Source of the DNA: an uncultured Coriobacteriaceae bacterium
GTDB taxonomy: Bacteria > Actinomycetota > Coriobacteriia > Coriobacteriales > Coriobacteriaceae
NCBI GenBank assembly: GCA_949287085.1
Contig: CASEER010000004.1
Location: forward strand, 16,319 to 80,318
Direction: 5' to 3'
DNA length: 64,000 nucleotides
Shown here piece by piece: positions 41,225 through 51,505 of the stretch. Within the stretch, counting starts at the first letter, position 1; each line of letters opens with the position of its first letter. Both the position numbers and the translations under genes were made by a program. The notes beneath the pieces were generated by a model, which worked only from the letters and a program-made list of their open reading frames with translations, had not been told where the DNA came from and searched no databases.

Positions 41225-42084
41225 TGGCGGTAGAGATTCGCGCAGCCGCCCAGGCGGGCGCCTGCTACGGCGTTAATCGCGCGCTGGAGATGGCCCAGCA
41301 ATGCGCTCGCGACGCTGCCGGAGCGGTGCACACCTTGGGTCCGCTCATCCATAACCCCCTGGTGGTTTCCGACCTAGCCGAGCAGGGAGTGGCGGTTGCC
41401 GATACACTGGACGACGTGTACAGCGGCACCGTTATCATTCGCTCGCACGGCGTGGTTCCGGCAGTTATAAAGCAGGCGCAGGCGCGTGGTCTCACCGTGA
41501 TCGACGCAACCTGCCCTTACGTGAAAAAGGTTCATGCGGCGGCGGCCAAGCTGGTGCGCGAGGGCTACGACCTGGTCATTGTGGGGGAGAGCGGTCATCC
41601 CGAGGTCGAGGGCATCGTGGGCCACGCGGGCGGGCGTGCGCACGTGGTGGGCTCAGCTGACGACGTTCCGGCGCTTGCGCTCGGCAAGCAGGTGGGCGTG
41701 GTGGTACAGACCACGCAGACGGCGCAGAATCTAGCGGCCGTCGTGGCAGCACTCGCTCCGCGCGTGCATGAGCTTCGCGTGATCAACACCATCTGCGCCG
41801 CCACGAGCGAGCGCCAGCAAGCAGCGGGCGAGCTTGCTCGAGAGGCAGATTGCATGGTGGTGGTGGGCGGCAAGAATTCCGGCAATACGCGCCGCTTGGC
41901 CCAGATCTGCCGTGCGGCCTGCCCCAGGACCTACCATATCGAAGATGCGGCTGAGCTTGAAGCAGCTTGGTTTACGGGTGCGCGTCTCATCGGCGTCACC
42001 GCCGGCGCCTCCACTCCGCAGGCTCATATTGAGCGCGTGGTTGCAACGTTGGATGCGCTTACCAACCAAAAGGACCATGCATGA
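41224..42084 (+). CDS. ispH: HMBPP reductase
   Basis: GACYGV, DATCP, QTT, TICAAT, TAGASTP. Confidence 0.96.
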   Translation: MAVEIRAAAQAGACYGVNRALEMAQQCARDAAGAVHTLGPLIHNPLVVSDLAEQGVAVADTLDDVYSGTVIIRSHGVVPAVIKQAQARGLTVIDATCPYVKKVHAAAAKLVREGYDLVIVGESGHPEVEGIVGHAGGRAHVVGSADDVPALALGKQVGVVVQTTQTAQNLAAVVAALAPRVHELRVINTICAATSERQQAAGELAREADCMVVVGGKNSGNTRRLAQICRAACPRTYHIEDAAELEAAWFTGARLIGVTAGASTPQAHIERVVATLDALTNQKDHA

Positions 42085-43520
42085 GCAGCACGCTTGGGCC
42101 CTATGATCCCGCAACGCGCGCTGATTACGGGCGCAGTCACGACCCCGATGATGACGGTGCGCTCGTAGTTGCGGTGCGGTCCAATTCTCCTGCCTATGAT
42201 GCCGGCATCGAGGAGGGCATGCGCGTGCTGACCGTCAACGACCAGCCGCTCATGGACATGATTGACTGGCTCTGGGAGGCAAGCGACGACACGGTGGCGC
42301 TCACCGTCTTAGACCCGCGCGATCATACGGTGGCTGCATGCGAGCTCGAGCGGTACCCCGGTGAGGATTGGGGCCTTGAGTTTGACGGCGCCGTGTTTGA
42401 CGGCATGCGCACCTGCGTCAACGCCTGCACGTTCTGCTTTATGCGCATGCTGCCGCCCCATATGCGAGGCACGCTCTATATCCGCGACGACGATTACCGC
42501 CTGAGCTTTTTGCAGGGCAACTTCGTGACCCTCACCAACATGAGTGATGCCGACGTGGAGCGCGTTATCTCCCATAATTTGAGCCCCATGAACGTATCGC
42601 TGCACGCGGTCTCGCCCGATGTGCGTCGCGCGCTTATGGGGCGCAATGCGGCACGCGGCATGGAGGTGCTCGAACGGCTCATTGCGGGCGGAATCGAAAT
42701 CCATGCGCAAATCGTGCTCGTCCCGGGGGTCAACGATGGCAAAGAGCTCAACCGTACGCTTGCCTGGTGTGCGGAGCGCCCCGCAGTTGCGAGCTTGGGC
42801 ATTGTGCCGCTGGGCTATACGCGCTTCCAGACGCGGTACACCTCGTCGTTTTCTGATGACCCGGAACGCGCCCGTGCAGTCATCGCACAGGTCAAGCCGT
42901 TCCAGGCAGAGGCGCGCCGTACGCGGGGCCGCACTGTCTTTCAGTTGGCTGATGAGTTCTATCTTGACGCCGGTGTGCCGGTTCCCGCGGCTACGACCTA
43001 CGACGGCTATCCGCAGTACTACGACGGTATTGGCATGATACGGAGCTATTTGGACGAGGCCCATGACCTTATGGTTACCGAGGCCGACCGCCTCGCCGCA
43101 GCTGGTGCGGCGCTTGCCGAACACGGCCTGTCGCTGACCGTAGTGAGCGGCAAGGCGGCACAGCCAACCATTGCCACCCTGGTTGCGAGCGAGCCGCTCT
43201 ACGGCACGGTCCTCGCCGTCTTGAACCGCTACTTCGGGGGCAACGTCGATGTAACGGGGCTCATTTGCGGCGGTGACCTGCTTGAGCAGGTAGGGGAGAA
43301 CCTTGAGGGGGTTATGCTCTTTGTGCCGGAGGTCATGTTCAACGCCGACGGGCTCACGCTAGACGGTTATCATCGAAACAAACTGGAAACGGAGCTTGCC
43401 CGGCGTGGGGCCACGGTCTATATCACCTCGACCATGCCACGCGACCTGCTTGAGACCCTTGAGCACGCGCTTGCCAAGCTGGCGTCCGGTCCCTCACCTT
43501 CAACCGCACCGATTGCGTAG
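42081..43520 (+). CDS. DUF512 protein (PDZ + radical-SAM-like domain)
   Basis: N-terminal PDZ-like segment, CVNACTFC, DDDYRLSFLQGNFVTLTN, ADEFY, VTGL. Confidence 0.88.
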   Translation: MSSTLGPYDPATRADYGRSHDPDDDGALVVAVRSNSPAYDAGIEEGMRVLTVNDQPLMDMIDWLWEASDDTVALTVLDPRDHTVAACELERYPGEDWGLEFDGAVFDGMRTCVNACTFCFMRMLPPHMRGTLYIRDDDYRLSFLQGNFVTLTNMSDADVERVISHNLSPMNVSLHAVSPDVRRALMGRNAARGMEVLERLIAGGIEIHAQIVLVPGVNDGKELNRTLAWCAERPAVASLGIVPLGYTRFQTRYTSSFSDDPERARAVIAQVKPFQAEARRTRGRTVFQLADEFYLDAGVPVPAATTYDGYPQYYDGIGMIRSYLDEAHDLMVTEADRLAAAGAALAEHGLSLTVVSGKAAQPTIATLVASEPLYGTVLAVLNRYFGGNVDVTGLICGGDLLEQVGENLEGVMLFVPEVMFNADGLTLDGYHRNKLETELARRGATVYITSTMPRDLLETLEHALAKLASGPSPSTAPIA

Positions 43521-43528
43521 GAGTGCTT

Positions 43529-44866
43529 ATGAAACCCATTGTCGCCGTCGTCGGCAGACCCAACGTCGGCAAGTCGACCCTGGTCAACCGCCTTGCGGGA
43601 ACCCAGGATGCCATCGTTCACGAGAGCCGCGGCGTTACGCGCGACCGCTCGTACCATGATGCCGATTGGAACGGTCGCTCGTTTACCCTGGTCGATACCG
43701 GCGGTATCGAGCCACTCAAGAGCGAGGACGTGTTTTCGGCATCCATCCGCGACCAGGCGCTCGCCGCGGCCGAAGAGGCCGATGTGGTGCTCTTTGTGGT
43801 CGACGGCTCCGTGGGCGTCACCGAAGAGGACGAGTCGGTCGCGCGCATGCTCAAGCGCATCAAAAAGCCGCTCTTCTTGCTGGTCAACAAGCTCGATAAC
43901 CCTGACCGCGAGCAGGAGCGCCTGTGGGAGTTCTATTCGCTGGGCCTCGGTGACCCGCGCCCCATCTCGGCGCATCACGGCCATGGCACGGGCGACCTCC
44001 TGGACGAGGTGGTTGCCGCGCTTCCCGATGAGGCTGAAGAAGAGGATCCCTATCCCGACGCGCTCGGCGTGGCCATCATCGGCCGCCCCAACGCGGGTAA
44101 GTCCTCGCTCTTTAACAAGGTAATCGGGTCCGAGCGCTCGATCGTTTCCGATGTCGCCGGCACTACGCGCGACGCCATCGACACCTATATCGAGCGCGAT
44201 GGGCGCCGCTACCGCCTGGTCGACACGGCCGGTATCCGTAAAAAGAGCACCGTGTACGAGAACATCGAGTACTACTCCATGGTGCGCGGCCTGCGCGCCA
44301 TCGACCGTGCCGATGTTGCCCTGCTGGTCGTGGATTCGAGCATCGGCATGACCGAGCAGGACCAAAAAGTCGCCAATCTGGCCATCGAACGCGGCTGCGC
44401 CCTGGTGATCCTGCTCAACAAGTGGGACCTGCTGCCTTCTGACCGTGAGCGCGACCAAGTCATGGAGACGGTTGCGCGCCGCATGACGCTCGCACCCTGG
44501 GCGCAGGTGCTTCGCATCTCGGCGCTGACGGGACGGTCGGTCGATAAGATCTGGAAGTACATCAATGATGCGGCTGCGGCGCGAGCGACCAAGATCTCGA
44601 CCTCGGCGCTCAACAAGTTCCTCACCGATCTGCGCGAATTTGGCCACACGGTGGTGGACGGCAAGCGCCGCCTGCGCATGCACTATGTTACGCAGACCGC
44701 TACGAACCCGCCGACCTTTACGTTCTTTGTCAACCACCCGGACCTGGTGGACGACACGTATCGCCGCTACCTTGAAAACCGCATGCGCGAGCAGTTCAAC
44801 TTTAAGGGCACGCCCATCCGGCTTCACTTCCGTTCAAAAGTTCGTGATGAAGGGGTCGATCGATAA
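43529..44866 (+). CDS. der: Ribosome biogenesis GTPase Der (EngA)
   Basis: Two G domains GRPNVGKS / GRPNAGKS, C-terminal KH-like domain. Confidence 0.98.
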   Translation: MKPIVAVVGRPNVGKSTLVNRLAGTQDAIVHESRGVTRDRSYHDADWNGRSFTLVDTGGIEPLKSEDVFSASIRDQALAAAEEADVVLFVVDGSVGVTEEDESVARMLKRIKKPLFLLVNKLDNPDREQERLWEFYSLGLGDPRPISAHHGHGTGDLLDEVVAALPDEAEEEDPYPDALGVAIIGRPNAGKSSLFNKVIGSERSIVSDVAGTTRDAIDTYIERDGRRYRLVDTAGIRKKSTVYENIEYYSMVRGLRAIDRADVALLVVDSSIGMTEQDQKVANLAIERGCALVILLNKWDLLPSDRERDQVMETVARRMTLAPWAQVLRISALTGRSVDKIWKYINDAAAARATKISTSALNKFLTDLREFGHTVVDGKRRLRMHYVTQTATNPPTFTFFVNHPDLVDDTYRRYLENRMREQFNFKGTPIRLHFRSKVRDEGVDR

Positions 44867-45555
44867 TGCCGTTTAATCCCAACATGGCGGTTACGGTTGG
44901 CGTGACCGTTGCGTGCATGGTTGTGACGTACCTGGTGTGCGGCATTCCCTTTGGGTTCCTCTTTGGCGAGCTCTTTGGCAAGGGCGATATTCGCCAAGAG
45001 GGTTCGGGCAACATCGGTACCACCAACGCGCTGCGCGTGGGCGGCAAGAAGATGGGTGCGCTCACGCTGCTCTGCGATGTGCTCAAGGGAGCGCTTTGCG
45101 TCGCGGTGTCTCACCTGGTGATCGCCCACTTCTGCGACCCTTCGCCGACGCTGCTCAATCCGGGGCAGCCTTGCGACTGGGCGCTCGCGCTCGTATGCGC
45201 CGCCGGCCTTGCGGGACACATGTTTACGCCGTATCTGCACTTTAAGGGCGGAAAGGGCATTGCCGTGGGCTTTGGCGTCTGCGTTGCCTGGATTTGGCCC
45301 GTGGGCTTGTCGCTCTGGATTCCGTTCCTCGTGGGCGTGATCTTTACGCGCTTCGTGTCGGTGGGCTCCATGCTCGCGGCGATTTCGCTGCCGTTTTGGA
45401 TCTGGCTCTACTACCCCACCTCGTCCGTTGCCATGAAGGCGATCTTTGCCGTTATGGCCGTGCTCGTGGTGTGGGCCCATCGCTCCAACATCAAGAAGCT
45501 CGTGCACGGTACGGAATCCAAGCTCTCGTTTGGTTCAAAGAAGGAGGACCGTTAG
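44866..45555 (+). CDS. plsY: Glycerol-3-phosphate acyltransferase
   Basis: GSGNIGTTN, FKGGKGIA, HRSNI. Confidence 0.95.
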   Translation: MPFNPNMAVTVGVTVACMVVTYLVCGIPFGFLFGELFGKGDIRQEGSGNIGTTNALRVGGKKMGALTLLCDVLKGALCVAVSHLVIAHFCDPSPTLLNPGQPCDWALALVCAAGLAGHMFTPYLHFKGGKGIAVGFGVCVAWIWPVGLSLWIPFLVGVIFTRFVSVGSMLAAISLPFWIWLYYPTSSVAMKAIFAVMAVLVVWAHRSNIKKLVHGTESKLSFGSKKEDR

Positions 45556-46566
45556 ATGAGGATCACCGTCATTGGCGCGGGCTCGTGGGGAACGGCCATC
45601 GCGGGCGTTGCCGCTGCAAAGGCCGATAGCGTGGTGCTCTGGTCCCACGACGAACCGGTTCCCGCCGGGGTGAACAACGAGCATAAAAACCCGCTCTATC
45701 TGACCGATTACGAGCTTCCGCACAACGTGACGGCCACGTGCTCGTTCGATGAGGCGCTCGCTCACGCCGACGGCGTCATCGTCGTGGTGCCGTCGCCCTT
45801 CATTCGCTCGACGGTGCGGAGCGCCTCCTCGTTCATTGCCAGCGAAACGCCGGTCCTGTGCCTGACCAAGGGCATCGAGCCCCATACCGGAAAGCTCATG
45901 CACGAGGTGATTGCCGAGGAGCTGGGCCACCAGGAGCGCGTCGCGGCGCTCACCGGCCCCAACCACGCCGAGGAGATCTGCCGCGGCAACCTCGCCGCCG
46001 CCGTTATCGCCTCCGAGACGCCCGAGGTAGGGGAGTTCTTCAAGCAGCTCCTTATCTCGCCCGCGTTCCGCCTGTATTCATCCACCGATATGGTGGGCAT
46101 TGAGACCTGCGGCGCCGTTAAGAACGTCATCGCTATCGCCTGCGGCATTGCTGCCGGCGCGGGCTACGGCGACAACACGCTTGCCCTTATGATGACGCGC
46201 GGTCTGGCTGAGATCAGCCGCATCGTGTGCGCCCGCGGCGGCGATCCGCTCACCTGCATGGGCCTTGCCGGCATGGGTGACCTCATAGCCACTTGCACCT
46301 CGCAGCATTCGCGCAACCGCTCGTTTGGCGTGGCCTTTGCGGGTGGCGAATCCCTCGATGCCTACCAGGCGCGCACGCACATGATTGTCGAGGGCGCAGC
46401 CGCTGTTCAGAGCACGGCCGAGCTTGCCCGCTCGCTGGGGGTCGACGCTCCCATGACGTTTGTGCTGGAGAATCTGCTGTACCACGACATGACGATTGAT
46501 GAGGCGCTCGATACGCTGCTGGGTCGTACGCCCACCGAGGAGTTCTACGGGCTTGACCGCGCATAG
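45556..46566 (+). CDS. gpsA: NAD(P)H-dependent glycerol-3-phosphate dehydrogenase
   Basis: GAGSWGTA, KNVIAIA, GMGDLIATC, SRN. Confidence 0.96.
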   Translation: MRITVIGAGSWGTAIAGVAAAKADSVVLWSHDEPVPAGVNNEHKNPLYLTDYELPHNVTATCSFDEALAHADGVIVVVPSPFIRSTVRSASSFIASETPVLCLTKGIEPHTGKLMHEVIAEELGHQERVAALTGPNHAEEICRGNLAAAVIASETPEVGEFFKQLLISPAFRLYSSTDMVGIETCGAVKNVIAIACGIAAGAGYGDNTLALMMTRGLAEISRIVCARGGDPLTCMGLAGMGDLIATCTSQHSRNRSFGVAFAGGESLDAYQARTHMIVEGAAAVQSTAELARSLGVDAPMTFVLENLLYHDMTIDEALDTLLGRTPTEEFYGLDRA

Positions 46567-46645
46567 CGCGAGCGGTGAGCGCGGCGCGTTGCTGCCGTAC
46601 GCCCTGCCACATCGTCGTTTTCTGAGGTTCTGAGAGGAGTTTCCC

Positions 46646-47332
46646 ATGGCAACCGCGCTCATTGCGCCCTCTATTCTTTCGGCTGACTTTGCGCACCTCG
46701 CGCGCGACCTCGATCGCATCGGCAACGCCGACCTGATTCACGTCGATGTGATGGACGGCCACTTTACCGAAAACCTTACGTTTGGCCCGGGCATGGTGAC
46801 GGCCTGCAAACGCGCAGCTTCGGTGCCGCTCGACGTGCACATGATGGTGTCCAATCCTGACGAAACCATCGATTGGTATCTGGATGCGGGCGCCGACATG
46901 ATAACCGTGCACACCGAGGCCTCGACCCATTTGCACCGCACGATTGCTCACATTAAGGACCGGGGTGCACAGGCGGGCGCCGTGCTGAACCCGGCAACGC
47001 CAGTGGGCGTGCTCGAAGACATTCTGCCCGACCTCGACATGGTGCTGGTGATGAGCGTGAACCCGGGTTTTGGCGGGCAGCGCTTTATTGACGGCACGTA
47101 TGCCAAGCTCGCGCGCTTGCGCGCCCTTTGCGAGGCCGTTGGCGCCGCACCGCGCATCGAGGTGGACGGCGGCATTTCTGCGGCAAATATCGCCCAGGTT
47201 GCGGCAGCCGGCGCCGACGTGTTTGTGGCAGGCTCAGCCGTCTTTGGAGCCAGTGACCCCACCGCCGAGGTTGACCGTCTGCGCCTGCTCGCCCAGGAAG
47301 CGCTTGACGCACGCGGGGACGTACGTTCATGA
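46646..47332 (+). CDS. rpe: Ribulose-phosphate 3-epimerase
   Basis: APSILSADF, HVDVMDGHF, MSVNPGFGGQ, VDGG. Confidence 0.97.
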   Translation: MATALIAPSILSADFAHLARDLDRIGNADLIHVDVMDGHFTENLTFGPGMVTACKRAASVPLDVHMMVSNPDETIDWYLDAGADMITVHTEASTHLHRTIAHIKDRGAQAGAVLNPATPVGVLEDILPDLDMVLVMSVNPGFGGQRFIDGTYAKLARLRALCEAVGAAPRIEVDGGISAANIAQVAAAGADVFVAGSAVFGASDPTAEVDRLRLLAQEALDARGDVRS

Positions 47333-48507
47333 CGACGGCCCCCACGCGCCTCGTCAATCTGGACTACGCAGCGTCAACGCCGCTTCGGCCCGAGGCCCTT
47401 GCGGCGTTGCGCGCCTATGACGAGTCCGAGATCGCGGGCGCTAATCCCAATTCGCTCCATACCTTGGGACGGCGTGCAGCGCAACGTTTGGAGCAGGCGC
47501 GGCGCGTGCTGGCCCAGTCGCTCGGGAGCGGTGTCCGCCCCGCCGAGATCATCTTTACCGGCGGCGGCACCGAATCCGACGCGCTTGCCCTCTTTGGCAT
47601 CGCTGAGGGGGTTCGCGCGCGCGACGCCAAGCGCACGCGCGTGATCACGTCTGCCATCGAGCACGACGCCATCCTCGATAATCTTCCGGCGCTCCGGGCG
47701 CGGGGGTTTACCGTTGACACACTTGCCCCCAGCGCGCAGGGCGTGATCGAGCCTGCAGTGCTCAAAGCCGCGCTTGGTCCCGATGTGGCGCTGGTAAGCA
47801 TCATGTTTGCCAACAACGAAACCGGGGCCATCCAGCCGGTGCAGGCCCTTGCTACTGCCGCTCATGCTGTGGGGGCGCGGTTCCATACCGATGCCATCCA
47901 GGGCTATCTGCATGCGCCGCTCGATGTCAATGAGCTGGGAGTCGATGCCCTGTCGCTTGCCGGCCATAAGGTGGGGGCCACCGTGTCGAGTGGCGCACTT
48001 TACCTGCGTCGCGGCACACCGCTTACGCCGCTCGTGCGCGGCGGCGGACAGGAGGCGGGACGTCGCGCGGGCACGCAAGACGTGCGTTCCGCCTGCGCGC
48101 TCGCGGCTGTTGCCGAAGCGCTGACACCGCGCGTCGCTTCCGACGCTGCACGCCTGCGCGCCCTCTCTAACCGAATGTATGATCGGCTCTTAGCGTGTCC
48201 GCGTATCCATGCCACACTTGGAAACCCCCATGCCGTGGACCGTCTGCCGGGCGTGGTTTCCATCTACGTCGATGGTGCGGAGTCGGAAGACCTGATTCTC
48301 CAGCTCGACGTGCGCGGCTTTTGCGTTTCGGCGGGCTCTGCCTGCTCAAGTGGGTCGACGGCGGCAAGCCACGTACTTGTTGCCATGGGGATTTCTACTC
48401 AAGCTGCCGCGGGATCGCTCCGCATCTCGTTTGATGATCGTGTCGACCCGGCGGACCTCGATGCCTGCGCCGACGCGCTCCTTGCCATGGTAGGAGGTGC
48501 CCGATGA
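47329..48507 (+). CDS. iscS: Cysteine desulfurase (IscS/NifS class I)
   Basis: LDYAAST, NNETG, GHK (PLP lysine), SAGSAC. Confidence 0.9.
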   Translation: MTTAPTRLVNLDYAASTPLRPEALAALRAYDESEIAGANPNSLHTLGRRAAQRLEQARRVLAQSLGSGVRPAEIIFTGGGTESDALALFGIAEGVRARDAKRTRVITSAIEHDAILDNLPALRARGFTVDTLAPSAQGVIEPAVLKAALGPDVALVSIMFANNETGAIQPVQALATAAHAVGARFHTDAIQGYLHAPLDVNELGVDALSLAGHKVGATVSSGALYLRRGTPLTPLVRGGGQEAGRRAGTQDVRSACALAAVAEALTPRVASDAARLRALSNRMYDRLLACPRIHATLGNPHAVDRLPGVVSIYVDGAESEDLILQLDVRGFCVSAGSACSSGSTAASHVLVAMGISTQAAAGSLRISFDDRVDPADLDACADALLAMVGGAR

Positions 48508-49313
48508 ACGTCCACGAACTCGAAGAAGCGCTCTTTGCTGCCTTTCCGCGAGAAGATGCCGAGTCGTGGGACCACGTGGGCCTTTCGGTAGGCAACCCGA
48601 CGGCACCCGTTGAGCGGGTGTTTGTGTCGCTCGATGCTACGGCCGCCATGGTTGAGGCCGCGCATGCCGCCCGGTGCAACGTGCTTCTGGCGCATCATCC
48701 CGTGTACCTGCGGGCGCCGCAGGCGCTGGTCCCCCAGGCCGGCCCGCGCTACCAGCAAGCTGCCGCCGCTGCCTATCAGGCGGCGCGGTGGGGCATGAGC
48801 ATCCTCTCGTATCATACGAACCTCGATCGCTCCCACGCGGCGCAAGCGATGCTGCCCCATTTGCTGGGGCTGACGGCGCTGCATTCGCTCGAGCACCCCG
48901 CGGACCCCGATCGCACGGGTTTGGGGTCGGTTGCCGACGTTCCGGGCATCACGCTGCGTCAGCTTGCCGCCCAAGTAGCCGCTGCGTTTCATACGAGTCC
49001 GCGCGTCTGGGGAGACCCCCAGGCACCTGTGTCGCGCTGCGCCTTTTTGGGCGGGAGCTTGGGCGATTTGGGTGAGGCCGCCCTTGCCGCGGGTGCGCAG
49101 GCAATCATCTGTGGCGAAGCCGGGTACCATGTGTGTCAAGACCTTGCAGCCCGGGGCCTTTGCGTTATCCTCTTAGGCCACGATGCAAGCGAGTACCCCT
49201 TTACCCGCATTTTGGCGGACGCTGCCACCGCGGCTGGCGTGGCGCCCGCATCGATCGTGTACGCTGACGCACCGCACCAGTGGTGGACGATGACCGAAGG
49301 AGGCCGTGCATGA
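48504..49313 (+). CDS. Nif3/DUF34 dinuclear metal-centre protein
   Basis: AESWDHVGL, HHP, HTNLD, GHDASE. Confidence 0.92.
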   Translation: MNVHELEEALFAAFPREDAESWDHVGLSVGNPTAPVERVFVSLDATAAMVEAAHAARCNVLLAHHPVYLRAPQALVPQAGPRYQQAAAAAYQAARWGMSILSYHTNLDRSHAAQAMLPHLLGLTALHSLEHPADPDRTGLGSVADVPGITLRQLAAQVAAAFHTSPRVWGDPQAPVSRCAFLGGSLGDLGEAALAAGAQAIICGEAGYHVCQDLAARGLCVILLGHDASEYPFTRILADAATAAGVAPASIVYADAPHQWWTMTEGGRA

Positions 49314-50026
49314 GCAACGGCGAAAACCTGCTCAGCCTGCAGGAAGTTGATATTGAGCTCGCGCGCCTTAAACGCGAGTTGGCAGAGCTCCCCGAGCTCA
49401 AAAAGCTCGCTAAACAGCGCCGCGCCCTTGCCAACGCAAAGGTGGAGCTCCGCAAGATCAAGGCACAGCGCAAAGACGCCGAAACAGATCTGGAGGATTT
49501 GGCGGACGAGGAAGCCGATTACCGCGGCCGCGTCGACGAGGCGCAGGCCAAGGCGGGCGACTCGAACGATTACCGCCAGGTCCAGGAGCTTGAGATCGAG
49601 CTTTCCAACCTTGCAAAGTGGCTTGACAAGGTCGCCTTTGATCAAAAGGAGGCAACCGCGCAGCTTGAGGCCATTTCGGCCCGCGAGGCAGAAGGCGAAG
49701 CCTTCATCAAGAAGCTCGAGGCCTCTATCCTCAAAACGGGTGAACAGGCCCGCACCGCAGCGACCGACATCCAGACGGCCATTGCCGACAACGAGCGCAA
49801 GCGCGCGCGGCTGGTGGCCACGCTGCCCGACTCGCTCAAGCAGGCCTACGACGTTGCGTCCAAGCAGTTCCGCGGGCTGGGCGTAGAACAGCTTAAGAAC
49901 AACGTGCCCTCGATCTGCCGCATGAAGCTCACCGAGGCATCGCTTGACGAGGTCCGCCGCGCGCATGGCGTCACCACGTGTCCCTACTGCCACCGCATCC
50001 TGGTTGTAGACGAGGTGGATGGCTGA
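49310..50026 (+). CDS. Coiled-coil protein with C-terminal zinc ribbon (DUF164-like)
   Basis: LQEVD start, long coiled coil, CPYCHRIL. Confidence 0.85.
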   Translation: MSNGENLLSLQEVDIELARLKRELAELPELKKLAKQRRALANAKVELRKIKAQRKDAETDLEDLADEEADYRGRVDEAQAKAGDSNDYRQVQELEIELSNLAKWLDKVAFDQKEATAQLEAISAREAEGEAFIKKLEASILKTGEQARTAATDIQTAIADNERKRARLVATLPDSLKQAYDVASKQFRGLGVEQLKNNVPSICRMKLTEASLDEVRRAHGVTTCPYCHRILVVDEVDG

Positions 50027-51225
50027 TGGCGGGTCGTGCCGAGGGCCGGTGCGTGCTCGTTTGCGTGACCGGCTGCATTGCGGCTTACAAGGCGTGCGAG
50101 CTCGTCCGGCTGCTGCAAAAGCAAGGCGCGCGCGTTAAGGTGCTTATGACCGAGCATGCCACGCAGTTTGTGGGTCCCCTGACCTTTAGAGCGCTCACGC
50201 ATGAACCGGTTGCCGTCGGTCTCTTTGATGACCCGTCGGATCCAATCCATCATGTGTCACTCGCTCAAGAAGCGGACTGCGTGGTGGTGGCGCCGGCCAC
50301 CGCAAACGTGATCGCAAAGATGGCCCACGGCATTGCAGACGACCTCATGTCTACCACGCTCCTGGCCACCACGTCGCCGATCGTGGTCGCTCCAGCCATG
50401 AACGTGCACATGTGGCAGGCGGCCGCTACCCAGGAAAACGTTGCCACGCTGCGCGAACGCGGCGTGCGCATCGTGGGCCCCGGGACGGGCTACCTTGCCT
50501 GCGGCGACGTGGCGGAAGGCCGTCTGACCGACTTGGACGCCATTGCCGAAGCGGTCTATGACGCGCTTGCCACAACATCCGAGTTGGCGGGAGAGCGCGT
50601 AGTCGTCACCGCGGGCGGCACCCATGAGCCTATAGACCCGGTGCGCTATGTGGGCAACCGCTCCTCGGGCAAGATGGGCGTGGCGCTCGCCGAGGCGGCG
50701 CGCGCTATGGGCGCACAGGTGACCCTGGTTATGGGGCCTGCTACGGTGCCAGCACCTGCAGGCGTAACCGTGGCTCCCGTTGAGACCGCCGCCCAGATGC
50801 TCGATGCCACCCGCGCGGCGTTTACCGATGCCACGATGCTCGTCTGCGCTGCCGCCGTTGCCGATTACACGCCAAGCCACCCAGCAGATCACAAGCTCAA
50901 AAAGGGTATCGAGGAGCTCGACAGCATAGCGCTCACCCGTACCACCGATATCCTGGCCGAGCTTTCTGCAGCTAAAGGCTCGCGCACCGTCATCGGCTTT
51001 GCGGCTGAGACCGGGAACCCCGTGGGCTATGCGCAGGACAAGCTTGCCCGCAAGGGGTGCGATGCCATCGTGGCCAACGATGTTTCGCGCACCGAATCGG
51101 GCTTTGGGAGCAACACGAACCAGGCATGGTGGGTAACGCCTGAGAGGGTCGAGGAGTTGCCCCTCATGGCCAAGACTGACCTGGCGCGCGAGATTCTCGT
51201 TCGTGCGCACCGCTTGAACAAATAA
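50026..51225 (+). CDS. coaBC: Bifunctional phosphopantothenoylcysteine decarboxylase/synthetase
   Basis: TGCIAAYK, PAMN, DPVRYVGNRSSGKMG, GFAAET. Confidence 0.97.
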   Translation: MAGRAEGRCVLVCVTGCIAAYKACELVRLLQKQGARVKVLMTEHATQFVGPLTFRALTHEPVAVGLFDDPSDPIHHVSLAQEADCVVVAPATANVIAKMAHGIADDLMSTTLLATTSPIVVAPAMNVHMWQAAATQENVATLRERGVRIVGPGTGYLACGDVAEGRLTDLDAIAEAVYDALATTSELAGERVVVTAGGTHEPIDPVRYVGNRSSGKMGVALAEAARAMGAQVTLVMGPATVPAPAGVTVAPVETAAQMLDATRAAFTDATMLVCAAAVADYTPSHPADHKLKKGIEELDSIALTRTTDILAELSAAKGSRTVIGFAAETGNPVGYAQDKLARKGCDAIVANDVSRTESGFGSNTNQAWWVTPERVEELPLMAKTDLAREILVRAHRLNK

Positions 51226-51296
51226 AATTTGTTCTTGCATTCGCCGGCCGCTTTGAGTAAAGTATCTTTTGCTGTCGCAGAGCGGCAGACATACTT

Positions 51297-51373
<77 letters not shown>

Positions 51374-51505
51374 GAAGTGAATAGGGCGCCGAGAGGGATT
51401 CTCGGCGCCCTTTTATGTTTTGAGATGCCGTGGGGTTATCTCAAAGGTGGTGGGGTATCATGCCTCTAACGTGTGACCATCGCCGGTAGGAGCTAGGGGA
51501 GTAAC

